Part shown: one piece after another, positions 1 through 11,581 of the stretch
Layout of the letters: each line of letters starts with the position of its first letter
How positions within the stretch are numbered: the stretch's first letter is position 1
NCBI GenBank assembly: GCA_965649825.1
Contig: OZ287713.1
Location: 341,587-405,586 of the forward strand
Length of the DNA stretch: 64,000 nt
From: Penicillus capitatus
Taxonomy: Eukaryota > Plantae > Chlorophyta
Direction of reading: 5' to 3'
Notes under the pieces: generated by a model
What the model was told of the DNA's origin: nothing
The model's input: the letters and a program-made list of their open reading frames with translations, nothing else
The model's database searches: none
Translations under genes and position numbers: made by a program

Positions 1-959
1 CCTTGAGCGTGAGCGGGACTGGGACCAGTTCTCTGCTCTTCCCGTTCTGTCTCTCGACTCTGTCGGTGGAGGAGCTGGTGGTGAAGAACCCATTGTGGGC
101 GGAGGTGCCGGACGTGGTCATGCAGTTTCCTTGCCTCAGGAGCCTCGAGATCCGCAGACATCCCTTCGCACACAACCTCGGATTCAGCTCTCCTCCAGGT
201 GGGACTTGCACCAAGCGGATGCGTGCGTCTGCACGGGGATGGATCCTAGGCAAGATGCATCAACTGGAGCGCCTTGGCATTGTGGCCCACCAGCTTCAGA
301 GGACGCCCGAAGAGGTCGGCGAGATGATCTTCCTCAAACACCTGGACCTGTCAGGGTCAGTCCGTCATCCACATCTGCACTCTCCTTGACTGCGGCGTGC
401 ATCAGGAACAAGTTCGACGAGCGCCTGCCGACGAGCGTCGTCTTTCCCTTCAAGAAGCTCTGCCGTCTGGAATCCCTGGACATCTCTGACTGTGGTCTCA
501 GAGAGCTCCCTTCTTCACTTCGTGCGGAGAGATATCGGGTGGGGCATACGTCGACTGACGTGGCTTGTCTGCAGAGTTCCTGGTCAACCTGACGGAGTTG
601 AATCTCTCGGGCAACGTACTGGAGACCGCATCGAATGTGCTGTCTCGCTGCCTCTCCTTGAAGCGCCTGTTGATGGTCGGCTGCGGATTGGACACCGTAC
701 CGTACCAGATTTCGGAGATCCCCAGTCTGGAGCACCTGGACATCTCCAACAATCCTGTCACCTGCGTCGAAGGCCTGAGGTGCGTGCCACTCCACAGACC
801 GCCTCACTCTTGTAACAGTTTGTTCTCTGCAGCGATCTCTTGAAGAAGAAGCGCTTTGTCGCCCTCGTTTTCCGACAGGATAGATGGACATCCGAATTCG
901 TCGCCTCCGCCTGCCGCATCGCGCGAATGTGGGGCAGACGCGAGCCCATTGTGAATTAG
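1..959 (+). CDS. Leucine-rich repeat protein, 3' part (gene starts before window); 3 short introns
   Basis: LRR motifs LKHLDLSG, LESLDISDCGLRELPS, LTELNLSGNVLE, LEHLDISNNPV across exons. GT-AG introns near 356-403, ~520-572 and 780-832. Stop TAG at 957-959. Confidence 0.85.
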
Positions 960-992
960 ATCGTGTTGTGGTTTCTGGCAGACTCTCTCGGC

Positions 993-997
993 TGTAA
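993..997 (+). terminator. Chlorophyte-type poly(A) signal TGTAA (similar copies at 28421-28425 after the MBOAT gene and 34946-34950 after BTB-2)
   Basis: TGTAA lies 30-60 nt downstream of the stop codons of three + strand genes. TGTAA is the established chlorophyte poly(A) signal. Confidence 0.5.
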
Positions 998-1009
998 AGT
1001 AGAATCGAG

Positions 1010-1400
1010 TTACATGGTGGGTTGTGTGCCATGGATCCAGTCATAGTAGTAGTTCAGTAGACAGATGGGCTGACCCAACACACAGAAGGACACCCAGAAA
1101 ATGATGTTGCCCCAACGATCGCCGATTCTCCTCTGGAGAAACTGCGAGAAGAAAATGAGGGGGACTTGAACAAGCATCCCCACAAACGACCACGGAAAGC
1201 TGCTGGAGAACTTGAGGGGCACAATCACCACCACCTCGTGCATCAGTGCCGAGACAAAGAACACCAGCAGCATTGCAGCGGATCGTTGAAGGCCTACATT
1301 GCTCGCTCACGAGTGATGCATGCAGGAAGGGAATGTCTAACCTAAATGAATGGCCGGGTAATAGATCGTGCGCAGCATCCATTTGTGCACCGGTGTGTTC
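1010..1400 (-). pseudogene. DGAT1: DGAT1-type MBOAT acyltransferase, C-terminal fragment only (upstream part degraded)
   Basis: WNTPVHKWMLRTIYYP, then VFFVSALMHE (catalytic His), QVPL and GNIIFWVSFCVLGQPICLLNYYYDW, all DGAT1 C-terminal signatures. No open N-terminal exons upstream, only scattered remnants such as WNAT near 1570. Confidence 0.7.
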
Positions 1401-2882
1401 CACGTCCGCCCTCTTCTGCAAATCAATAGTTTGTCTAGACCGATGGTATCGCCAAAAGATCTTAGCACACCAAAACCACGTATCGAGACGAATCGGACGG
1501 GTATTCTTTCAGGACAATCAGTACAGTTAGTTGTTTTGTATGGCAACGTCACGTCAGTTGACTGTAGCGTTCCATGTTCCAACAGGTCGTCAACCAATCG
1601 ACATTCGAAACGATCTTAATCGATCAGACCAGGATGCACTGAAGAAGTTTAGATTCGAAGAGGAATGATGAATCAGTCAGCGAGATTAAGAAAATGAAAC
1701 CACGTGGAATCATTATCTTATCCAGATCTGGTGTCGTTGAGAGCTTCCTAGCTGGTTCTTCTGCGTGAGTGCGGTCACCATGATTAGCCCGACTTTAAGA
1801 TTCGGTGGCATCGACGGGTGTCATTAAAGATGTCGTGCGCGGAGCGCGGTAAGCCGGACGCCGTCGGCGCGTATGCGAATTCTGAGGTAGCGGAAAACGA
1901 ACGCGGATTAATTAAATGTTCTTTCTGACTGTCAATTTCACAGTTTCTTCGCCGATATACCGTCACTTCAATCCATCAAAAGAACTCGGGGCTAGAAATC
2001 CAAACATGAGTGTCCATATGGGACTCTACTTCATGGCACAAGTGTTGGGGGTAACGCTCCGCCATTGCGAGCACATGTGGCCGACCCAACGATCAGTCAC
2101 ATGTCACATCACCCTTCCGGTGCCGGTTGTGGCCGTTACTGCGCCGAGTGGACGACTTCGCTCCCATAGAATTTCAGGCACAAGGAGATGTGTCAGTGGG
2201 CACAATTCCTTGCGGATGGAGAAGCATCGGACGCTAATTGCGCCCGCTCTCGCATCGTTCGTAGCGTCGCTTTCACGGTGTCGACCTCATGAACTATCCT
2301 CTAGACACTCGATGTTCCCTCAGTCGGCAACTTCGCGACCGTCGCCAGTAGTTCAACCGTCCATTTTGCTTGCTGCTTTTTTTCCACATTCCCCGCTTCC
2401 ACGAGTTTCGTCATCTCTTCTGCATGAACTTATGCTCCGCCGTTCTCTTGCTTCTACCCCTCCGCGTTGCTACGTTCGCCGATAGATGATATCGGTTTCG
2501 TCAGAAGCGGATCGACAAAAAGCGGCGTCTCTAACATCGCAGCGATACTCTCGACATGACCAACACGGTTGACGACCTCATTTATGTCCTCAGGACGTCG
2601 CTCCATCCGTGACACACCGCAAAGATCGCATGCAGCCGTGCGTCTCGCCACCTCTATTCCTGTGCATCGATTCTCTTCAGCCTCTTTGTGAGTTTGGCCT
2701 TCCACATCTCCTTTTCCGATATTCTCTTGTTTTGAATCTCTGACGCCTCTTATCATAGCCCCGCCGCTTTTGTGCTCATCGTCGATTAAACGTCGAAACG
2801 TCGATAGGAAAATCGAACGATTGATATAAATGAGGCATCTCGCCTTATACGTCACATCTGACGGAGGACACAGGAAACGTCC

Positions 2883-4562
2883 ATGATGCGCCGCTTTGCG
2901 AGAAACCACGCCGACGTCACGCGTTGGCTCCTCCATTCGCGTTTCTTCGCCGTCGCATCAACGCTCTCTGTGAACGACACCATCACTCCGACCCGATCTG
3001 CCATTTCACGAGTCAGTCCTCTTTGCCCTACTCCATCCAGATCTCCATCCTTTACGAAAGAACGCACTGATGTCAAGACAGTACGGTATTGGTCACGAGC
3101 GATGCAGTTCCGTGGATTTCATGCCACCGTGGCAGAGCAACGAGATCCAGAGGAAGTGATGGAGGCCATAATACGTCAACTGAAAAGCACAGATGATTAC
3201 GCTCGTGTCATGCGACGTCTGTCGCGTGACCAATCGTACTCCCGCGTTGTGGATCTTTACGAGGATATGAAATCCTGCGGAGTTGAGATTAACGCTTCGG
3301 CCTACACTGCACTCATGAAAGCCCACTCGCGCATGGGGAACCCTGACAAGGTGAAAAGCATCTTTGAGGAGGCCGTGGAGAAAGGAGTTACGCCAGACAA
3401 GTGGATGATCAATACACTCATCTATACCTATTCAAACACTGGCGACATGGAAGCTGCATTCGATATACTTCACAAGATGCCAGAGTATGGTGTTCAGCCT
3501 GATTCGGTGACATATCGCTCGCTGATCAATGTCTGCGGCAAGGGCAAAGACGTGGATCGTGCGAGAAAGACTTTTGATGAAATGCTGGAGAAATTCAAAT
3601 GGGATACCCGAACCATCAATTCTATGATAGAAGTCTATGCCGAAAATGCCGACAGTGACACCGGCGAGGCGTACCTGCAAGAATCCAAGAACTTGGTAAA
3701 AATGCTGAAATCAAAGAGGCTCAAAATTGACGCATTCACCTATGTGCATATGATTAAACTGTGCAGCAAACTGGGGAAGTCGGATGAGGCGATGGATTAC
3801 TTTCAGCTAGCTCTCGGCGATGATTTGCAGCTTAGTATTTCCTCATTTGATATCATCTTTCAATGTATGGCGGATATGAAGCTGACAGATGAGGAAGTCG
3901 AGAACCTTCTGGTGTTGTGTATCCAGCGCATGAAAAAACTCGACATTAGGCCATCCTATCTGACGTTTAACAACATCATGAAGCTCTGCGAAGCAAGAGG
4001 AGATGTGAGCAAGGCATTTGGACTCTTTACGAAACTGACAGAGGGGGAGTTGGCTGACACCGGCCGGAGCGCAGAGTGCTTTTCCGTGCAAGTAAAGATC
4101 ATTGAGCGTATGCTTGATAGTGGGGCGTATTCTCGAGAAGAGGCTTTGATAAAAATGGATACGGTGCTCGAAAGGATGAAGATGTTTGGTATCTCATTGA
4201 TGCTCGCTGGTTACCGGGCACGGTTTAATATTTGCCTCAAGACATCCGATGTGGAACGTGCATTCGAATGCTGGAATGATTACGCAAAAGGGAACCGTGT
4301 GCCATCGGCCACTATGACAGAGTCGATGATTCGACTTACATTGGATCATGATCGTGTGGACGATGCGGTAAAGCTGGTGAAGTTTATGCAGAAGGATAAG
4401 AATATTCCGCCTACTGAAGGCACGTATGAGGCGATTTTCGCATACTGTGCTGAAAAAAATGACGCGGAAAATGCAAAGACGGTTCTTAAATTCATGAAAG
4501 AGAAACAAGTGAAAGCGAGTAAAGTAATCCAAGGACACGTCGATGCCTTGGAGCTGAATTGA
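2883..4562 (+). CDS. Pentatricopeptide repeat (PPR) protein, probably mitochondrial; intronless
   Basis: 559-aa ORF with tandem 35-aa P-type repeats (SAYTALMKAHSRMG, PDKWMINTLIYTYSNTG, PDSVTYRSLINVCGKG) and an Arg/Ser-rich N-terminus. Confidence 0.93.
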   Translation: MMRRFARNHADVTRWLLHSRFFAVASTLSVNDTITPTRSAISRVSPLCPTPSRSPSFTKERTDVKTVRYWSRAMQFRGFHATVAEQRDPEEVMEAIIRQLKSTDDYARVMRRLSRDQSYSRVVDLYEDMKSCGVEINASAYTALMKAHSRMGNPDKVKSIFEEAVEKGVTPDKWMINTLIYTYSNTGDMEAAFDILHKMPEYGVQPDSVTYRSLINVCGKGKDVDRARKTFDEMLEKFKWDTRTINSMIEVYAENADSDTGEAYLQESKNLVKMLKSKRLKIDAFTYVHMIKLCSKLGKSDEAMDYFQLALGDDLQLSISSFDIIFQCMADMKLTDEEVENLLVLCIQRMKKLDIRPSYLTFNNIMKLCEARGDVSKAFGLFTKLTEGELADTGRSAECFSVQVKIIERMLDSGAYSREEALIKMDTVLERMKMFGISLMLAGYRARFNICLKTSDVERAFECWNDYAKGNRVPSATMTESMIRLTLDHDRVDDAVKLVKFMQKDKNIPPTEGTYEAIFAYCAEKNDAENAKTVLKFMKEKQVKASKVIQGHVDALELN

Positions 4563-5190
4563 AACGTTTCGTTATGATAGTAACAAATGGAGTTCAACAG
4601 GAACGGAGATTTTCATTGGCTCCGGCATTTTAAAAGAGAACGTACCTCGGTTTTAGTTGATCCATCAAGAAGTTTCTTACAAGAGATGCGAGTTCGGGTT
4701 GCATCCGACATGAGATACGTCGAGAATAGTAACACTTAAACGCGACGGACATGGGGTTGTTAGAAATTTCGAACCGATCGGCGAATCGATCGATCGATCG
4801 ATCAGCTGTGGATTTACTGTTGCCTCAGTGGTTGCGCAGATCGGTAATCTGACGCTGAATGTCCAACTCGTTTTGTAATCGTCCAGTCAATGGACGTCAC
4901 GCTCATCTTGTCGAATCAACGTCGTGGTCATTAACATTCGCCGATCCGTGAGATCTTTCTTTCAGTTGTCCAATCCTCCGCGTTTTCAGATCAATGCGTT
5001 GCCGTTCGGCATTGCGACCGGTGATCTCAAGTATATTTCTACACTCTTTTGTTGTAGTCCATTCGTCATACCCTTTATTCGATTCTGTTATTAACGAATG
5101 ACACTTCTATCTGTGTTGTTTTGCAAACCGAAGCCACTTGTCTGCGTGTTTCTGGTCTTTATGGCGAATAGATGTTAATGACGGACTGAC

Positions 5191-5435
5191 AGGCGTCTGC
5201 CAATCTCGATGCGAACCAAATCGTAGCATGATCGTCGACTGCCGGTTCCAATGGGAATCGTAATAACGACATCTCGTCGATAGATCGATAACATTCCGAC
5301 TGACGCAGACAGGCAGATCTTGGTGGTGAAATCGATAGGCTTCTGTCAATCTTGATGCGAATCGAATCGCAGCGACGATCGTCGTTTGCGGATTCCCATC
5401 GGAAATCGTGATACCGATGGCGTCGATTGATCAAT
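5191..5435. repeat. Degenerate direct repeat, two ~97-bp copies (5191-5289 and 5337-5435)
   Basis: AGGCGTCTGCCAATCTCGATGCGAACCAAATCGTAGC... aligns colinearly with AGGCTTCTGTCAATCTTGATGCGAATCGAATCGCAGC... Confidence 0.7.
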
Positions 5436-5882
5436 CGTGTTCTGTCTGCCAGTCTTGAAGTGTACGCGATAACACCATACTCGTACATCATGCACTTGAT
5501 AGAGTGCTTCCTCCTCGTGGTTACACCTATAGTCATCGTACAACCTCTTAGATTAATATCTTTCTAGACGCTCCAGCCGACACGGAAAACAAAGTTACCG
5601 CTTTAGGACAAACTGAGATCTCGAACGACGATTTCTCAATACAAATGTGCACGGCGGCGTATAGTAATGGCAAGGTTCGAAAGGGCTATCGATATCGCCG
5701 TCCACAGGTGTAAGTATGTAATCGCTTCCGGCTGCCTTCCATCGTGATTCGCCTATGACGTCAACTCTCACAGAGGATAAATGAATGCGTGTCATCGACA
5801 TTCATCATCACTGTCTATGTTTACCTTCGCCGATATAAATTCGAGAGCTTCGCGCCGTCCACGATTCGAGTCTTCCGCAGCG

Positions 5883-7493
5883 ATGGACAAAGTGTGTCAA
5901 TCTCGACGCACGTTCATTCTTATTCCCACTGTCTTAGGAGAGAACTTCATGCCAGACTTTACCATTAAACATTCCAAAGGCTCTTAGGGAGCAGTTAAAC
6001 GTGAGATGCTTGACCTCGTTCTACTTGGGGAGTCTCGTGTACCGTCCAGGTTCGAAGATACCAACAAGAATTTTATGAATCGAAACCCCGAGGGCTAAAA
6101 AGAAGTTACCATCGTTTTGTTGAATGCTTTGGCAAGACAATCCAGCACGACGTTAGTTCCCGCTTTACTCTGTCCGTCACGGAACAGATGCTAACCTACT
6201 CGCCAGTAAACACTTGCCATGAACTTCCACGACGTGGTTGATGGATTGTGTCTGACAGCATCCCTTGCGGATATCGTTGCTGAAAATGAAGCGCAATAGA
6301 CGAGCATGTTGCCTGGAGCTGTTCAGGCACGTGCTTCGCTGGATGTCCTTATCTAACGCAGCCCATGACATCGAACTGAGAAATGTGGCGTTACAGAAAA
6401 TAGTGGACATCACTGATTCTGACCCTCGGCTGAAAGACGAGATTCACTTGCAAGTACTGAAACAGACTAGAGAGTGCCCCAATCGAAATACTGAGCGAAA
6501 TGCATGGAAACTGTTCTCACTCGTCCTCACCACAGTTTCGTGTTCTCTGGTGAGACGCACTGATAATAGTTGACTGTAAGCCTGTCTGTTGTGTAGGAAA
6601 TGACCAAATTTATTGCAGCATATCTTCAAACTGCCGCGATTCGACATTCAAAAGACCCACTGATGAACAAATTTATAACAGAAATGACAGACCGTCTCAG
6701 AAGCTCAATTCTCGCAAACCCGAGAACATTGAAACATCTACCAGATGCCCGAAGAGATCTCGGACAGTTCTACTGTTTTCCAGTCTATGTCTCAGAAGAG
6801 TCTCATGTGGATGCCGTCTACGATCCAGACACTGTCATCGAGGACCTGGTTCCGCAGTTGGCGTGGACGATCGGTCTGCCGGATGACGACACATTCGCTC
6901 TGTACAAGTGCCGAGGATCCCAGTACACGCAGATCGACAGGAAGCGACTCGTGTCCGCCGTCATCAGCGACATCGCCGATCGTCGAGAAGGAGAGGAGAT
7001 GAGCCGATTGTTCATGAAGAGAACGAAATCGAGTCGCGCCAGCATGGAAGGACTCGATCGAGACAGCATCTATCGGATGTATCTGGAGACAAAGGACAAG
7101 TACCGACAAGGCGGATACCCGCTGGCGGCCATAGGGGAAGTGGCCATGCGTCTTTGCGTTTTCCTCATCCAGGCAGAAGGCTCCGCCGAATTGTTCGAGA
7201 ATGAAAGGAGACTGTCCGAAGAATTGAACAACTTCCTTCCGTCGACAGTACGCATCCTGCTTTCATTCTTACTTCTCTAGTGAGCAATCCTTCTTTTTAG
7301 AGTCTGCGCCTCAAGCAACGAGAAGAGTGGATAGACGGGGTCTTAACCAAGTTTGCACACATTGGTCGCATCGAAAAAGAGGCGGCCAGGCTTCAATTTC
7401 TTGATGCCATCGAAGGTCTCTGTTATAGAGTCGGCTGACAGTATTGTTGCAGCCAAATGTGTGATCAGCGTCATTTGCAAATTTTATTTTTAG
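5883..7493 (+). CDS. KCBP: KCBP (kinesin-like calmodulin-binding protein)-type MyTH4-FERM protein lacking the motor domain; ~6 introns
   Basis: Spliced model: IPKALREQLN|VRRYQQEF...D|MLTYSP|HPLRISLLKM...LRWM...DEIHLQVLKQTRECP..AWKLF (MyTH4), then the FERM F1/F2 region (YDPDTVIEDLV, RLFMKR, YLETKDKYRQGGYP, REEWIDGV..ARLQFL). Stop TAG at 7491-7493. Confidence 0.75.
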
Positions 7494-7890
7494 TTGTGTG
7501 ACTTTCCTTGATTGGCTAGAGTTTTTCCTGACCTTTCGCACTTCTCAACAATCATGTACGAGCACATCGCAGTTGCGTTTTGTCACATGTAACGAATTTC
7601 AAGCGTGTTAATGCCAATCGATGCCACTGAAGATCGTCCCGTTGCGAGTTGTCAAACCGTTGGACGATTGACAATCGAAAAGGAACCAATTTAATCGAAA
7701 CTGTAATTAATCGGAATCGATCGACCATTATTGACACGTGTTAGCATAAATCTCGGAAACATTAGTATAGTACGGAGACAGACACTTTGTTTGTTCTTAG
7801 TTAGACGTCGACTGTCTATGTCGCCGAGCGATGTGACCCTGCCTAGTTTCTGAGGGGGCCACGTCCTGGGGGGTGTTGGTTGAATCACCC

Positions 7891-8815
7891 GAGGCCATTT
7901 TCTCTGGCTCTGAGGCTAGGGTGATTCACCTGCCTCGTTAAGTCGCGTCATCGCGCAGGTATTTAATGCGCAATCTGAACCTCTGAACGCCTTGCTCTGA
8001 TTACTTGTAAGACTTCCGCTGTTATCGTTTTCGTTCGGCGCCTCCGCGCGACAGTCTACAGTGTGAAGACATTGATCTCCACAATTAACTCAAATCCAGT
8101 GGTTGTCTATTGAAGTTGCCAAGAAATGAAATCTCGGTGATCTCCTAGGGGCTAAGTTGCTGTTGCGATTTTTCAATTCTTTCGCCGAGAATGAAATTTT
8201 TCGATCTTTGTGTAATCATTTTGTTTTCTATCTAATCCTACGGAGTAGTCTTTTTTTGAACCATGATTCTCATTCCTTTACCGAGATGCTCTGTGAATCC
8301 GTTTAAGACATGACGTCGGCATTGTGGCAGATGAGATGTTCCGTCGTTGTAGGTTTCGCAGTTATCGTAAGTTAGTTTTGCCGAAAGGATTCTTAACGGG
8401 TACAGCATTCTCCAGTGGAACTCAGATCGATGTTTAAGCACAGAGCAAATGAAATGATGGTGTCGAGAGATTGCTGCAGTCTCTACGAACACCTTACTAG
8501 AACAGCTGCCCCTTTCTAGTTCCCATCATTCAATAAATACTTAACCGCGCTTCTGTTGTAAACACTGCGTTGTTGTAATCCGTTCGTTGTCTATATTGCA
8601 CCTCGACGGAAAACAATGTACCTTTATGACTATAGCGAGCAACGGAAAACGCTTCGCCGGTGTCACGCGGAGGCGCCGTGCTGAAGAAACTACGCAGCGG
8701 AAGACGTTAACGCTGACAGAACCAAGTTGTTTTGTGATTCACATACACTGATTTATATACTAACTGTAACTTGACAGGTGGGTCAGCCGACTGTAAGAGC
8801 CAGAGAAAACACCTC
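7891..8815. repeat. Imperfect long inverted repeat (arms ~7891-8080 and ~8608-8815)
   Basis: The reverse complement of the left arm shares colinear blocks with the right arm: GGA.A.CAATGT, TGTC(G/A)CGCGGAGGCGCCG, CAGCGGAAG, CAGGTG, AGAGCCAGAGAAAA. Confidence 0.75.
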
Positions 8816-8819
8816 CTAG

Positions 8820-9640
8820 AAGTCGTGAACTTCTTACAAGCGCCACTTTGAAGACAGAACTCCGAGAAAACGAGTCAGACAGGATGATACAACTCAAGAT
8901 AATGGCAAGCATTAAAGCGAGGGCGTGATAGCCGGCAAGTCATACGAGCCATGACGTTAGAATCTGCAGTTAGTTCGTAGTAATGGACAAACCCAAAAGA
9001 CGTTGCTGCTAATCGTCTTTTCTCGATAGATTTTGTCTGTATGTAAAACTTCTTGCCGTCGAGGACAACTTACAATCTCCCATACATGAATGAATCGATT
9101 ACAGAACTTAGTGTTGTCACATCAAGAGGTTAAATACAGTTCTGTTTCCATAGAACGAGGTTTTTAGTTCTGTTTGAATGTCAAAGCGAGTGCAACACTA
9201 CATTGTAGCTGGCAGATGTTGTTGATGTCCTTTAAATAAGGTAGAATTCATCTTCTCGTACTAACTAAGAAGCTGCTTTTCCATTCGTTGTTGCCAAATA
9301 AAGAAAAAGGTGTGTATTACTATCAGTTTTTTTAGTAAGCGCATGAACAACTTGCGTCATATGCTAACATACTTTTCCACGTATCGGCGAGTTCACGCAA
9401 CGGTACATAACTGTATTCATGTCTCTTAATGAGAGCTTAGTGCTTTCTTGAAATAAACTGCTCGGCACATTGTAGCGTTTTAGAATACACACAATGGACA
9501 TGCTTTTGTATCAAAGAAAAAAATGTTCTACCTGCGACATGTTCTTCAAGAAGAATTCGTCTTCATCTATGATGTTAGTGGTTAATATGTCCGTTTCGAA
9601 CAGAAAAAGTATCTCTCTCACGATTCGATTCATAGCAGGT
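8820..9640 (-). pseudogene. Unidentified stop-interrupted coding relic
   Basis: Protein-like frame MNRIVREILFLFETDILTTNIIDEDEFFLKNMSQVEHFFSLIQKH...* continues through scattered stops. The tract is visibly AT-richer than the flanking genes. Confidence 0.3.
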
Positions 9641-9714
9641 TGTAGGAGAGAGAAGTATTTTGAATCAAGCAGAACCAACCACCTGCAGACAATCGATTCG
9701 AGTTCGAAAAACGG

Positions 9715-9827
9715 CGATCGATCACACTTATTGCAACGATTGATCGTTGTTTGCCGATTAATCGCATCTCGATTTGCAGCGATCGGAGAATTCAGTTCGA
9801 TCGATCACACTTTTTGCAGCGATTGAT
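9715..9827. repeat. Two 30-bp direct repeats upstream of the gene at 9989
   Basis: CGATCGATCACACTTATTGCAACGATTGAT (9715) and CGATCGATCACACTTTTTGCAGCGATTGAT (9798). Confidence 0.8.
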
Positions 9828-9988
9828 GGCGCGCACATCTGTACATGCCGATACAGAAACAATTGGCGATAATCCGCTGACCCTAACAATGACGCGACTC
9901 GATTTAAAAGGTGGCTTTCTCGATGATCCAGCCACGCGATGAGTGATCCCGAACGTTTTCTGGATCGAACCATCCCATCACTGTCTCC

Positions 9989-10608
9989 ATGCTTCGATCC
10001 TTCCGTCGATCACCGGTCTCGCTCCCGGATGCGCTATCCGCAACGATATGGGTCGGTCGACGTTTCTTCCAAAGACGTAAAATGCGTCAGGTTCCAATTT
10101 GGACCGGCGACATCGTCGAAGTCGAGTACTGCACCGTTGAAGACTACTATCCAAACTATCGCATTCTCAAACAAAAACTCATGACCGAATTCGCCGATCT
10201 CATTGAAGTGAGAGGCAATCCATACGGTATGCCACGTCGTTCCGCCTTCGAAGTCCTCTGGAGGTGCGAGACGGTCACCCCTGACTTACTTGATGGAAAC
10301 CATCGTTATACTGCAGGCGTGGAGAGGATCTACAGGAAGAGCTATGGTCGAAATATTCCTCAGGCGAACCTTCGACGGAGGATGAGACTCATGGTGTGGC
10401 TGAGGTCATCGTCTACGATCTGCAGCAGATTCTAAAAAAATACGGCCTGCATCGTGGACGCTATAAAGAGCGATATCCGGCGACGATCGATGAGATGGAC
10501 TTCTATCGAGATCTTGATGAAGAGAACTCTCGACTGCTCAAGGCGAAAGACCAGAAATCGACATCGTTTACCCGGAAAGTGACATTTAAGCGACGAAGGA
10601 GAGTGTGA
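9989..10608 (+). CDS. Hypothetical protein with a mitochondrial-type N-terminus; at least 1 intron
   Basis: MLRSFRRSPVSLPDALSATIWVGRRFFQRR, donor GTGAGA near 10208, downstream exon(s) ending KVTFKRRRRV*. Family not recognised. Confidence 0.6.
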
Positions 10609-10634
10609 GAACATTTCTTAACGACATGTGCCTT

Positions 10635-11301
10635 TTACGCCACCATACCTTCCTTCACAATATCGTAAGGAATGGGAGCCACGGTGGTTAAGTTCTCAAA
10701 CACATTCTTGAGCATCAATGCATCGCGTGGACCCGCCTGTTTTCGCTTGAGGTCGACTTTCTCTGCGACAAACGAACATACTGAGTGAATTGGACAAAAC
10801 GTCCAGGACTGCGGTACCGCCGGTCTTGCGAGCCTCGGCTTTCAACTCTTCATTTCGGCGAATGCGTTTCAGCACTTCCTCGCGACATCGAGATCGGCGA
10901 ACATGTTCCACTCGGACATGAATGCGTTTGCGAACGATGCGTCCACGAACCTGCGATCGATGACGTGGAATCATATCGAGACGATCGGACGGATGTCTCA
11001 CTTTCTTGTTGATCTCGACACCCAAAGAATGTTTCGTCACATCCCATACTCTTCCCGTCTTTCCATGGTAATACTTGTGCGGCATTCCCTAAACAACAGA
11101 AGAAGGATCGTGTACAGCAAGGGAAACGCTTGTTTGTTTGTTCGGTCGTCCGACCTTCTGTACACTTGGATCTGCATGGACCGTGACGTACTCTCCAAGA
11201 TTAAACACACGAAGGTAAGTCGAGAGACTCGACACGCCTTTCGTCTTGAACGGTTTTTTAAAGATGTGTCGTGTACGATGGCGAACGCCTTTGCCTCCCA
11301 T
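10635..11301 (-). CDS. RPL21: 60S ribosomal protein eL21; 3 introns
   Basis: [65 protein letters not shown], ending [15 protein letters not shown]. Confidence 0.97.
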
Positions 11302-11581
11302 TCTTTCGATTGAAGCCGAGCGGCGGCGATCGAAGGATGTGCCAAATGCGAATGATCATGCGACGATTCGAAAACGCAACACATTGATCTCGATGCGCTG
11401 TTCATCGATCACCCCGTGCTGCTAACCGACAATCGCCTTCGCGCAGCATTCGCCATATCATCGAACGCCACGCCCGCCGACGATTCTTCTTCACTATCCA
11501 CTTAGACATCGGCGTACGAAACGATTATGCTCAGCGCAATGGAAGAATCGTTCGCTGTCTTGTGCTGTGTAGGGTTTCGTC

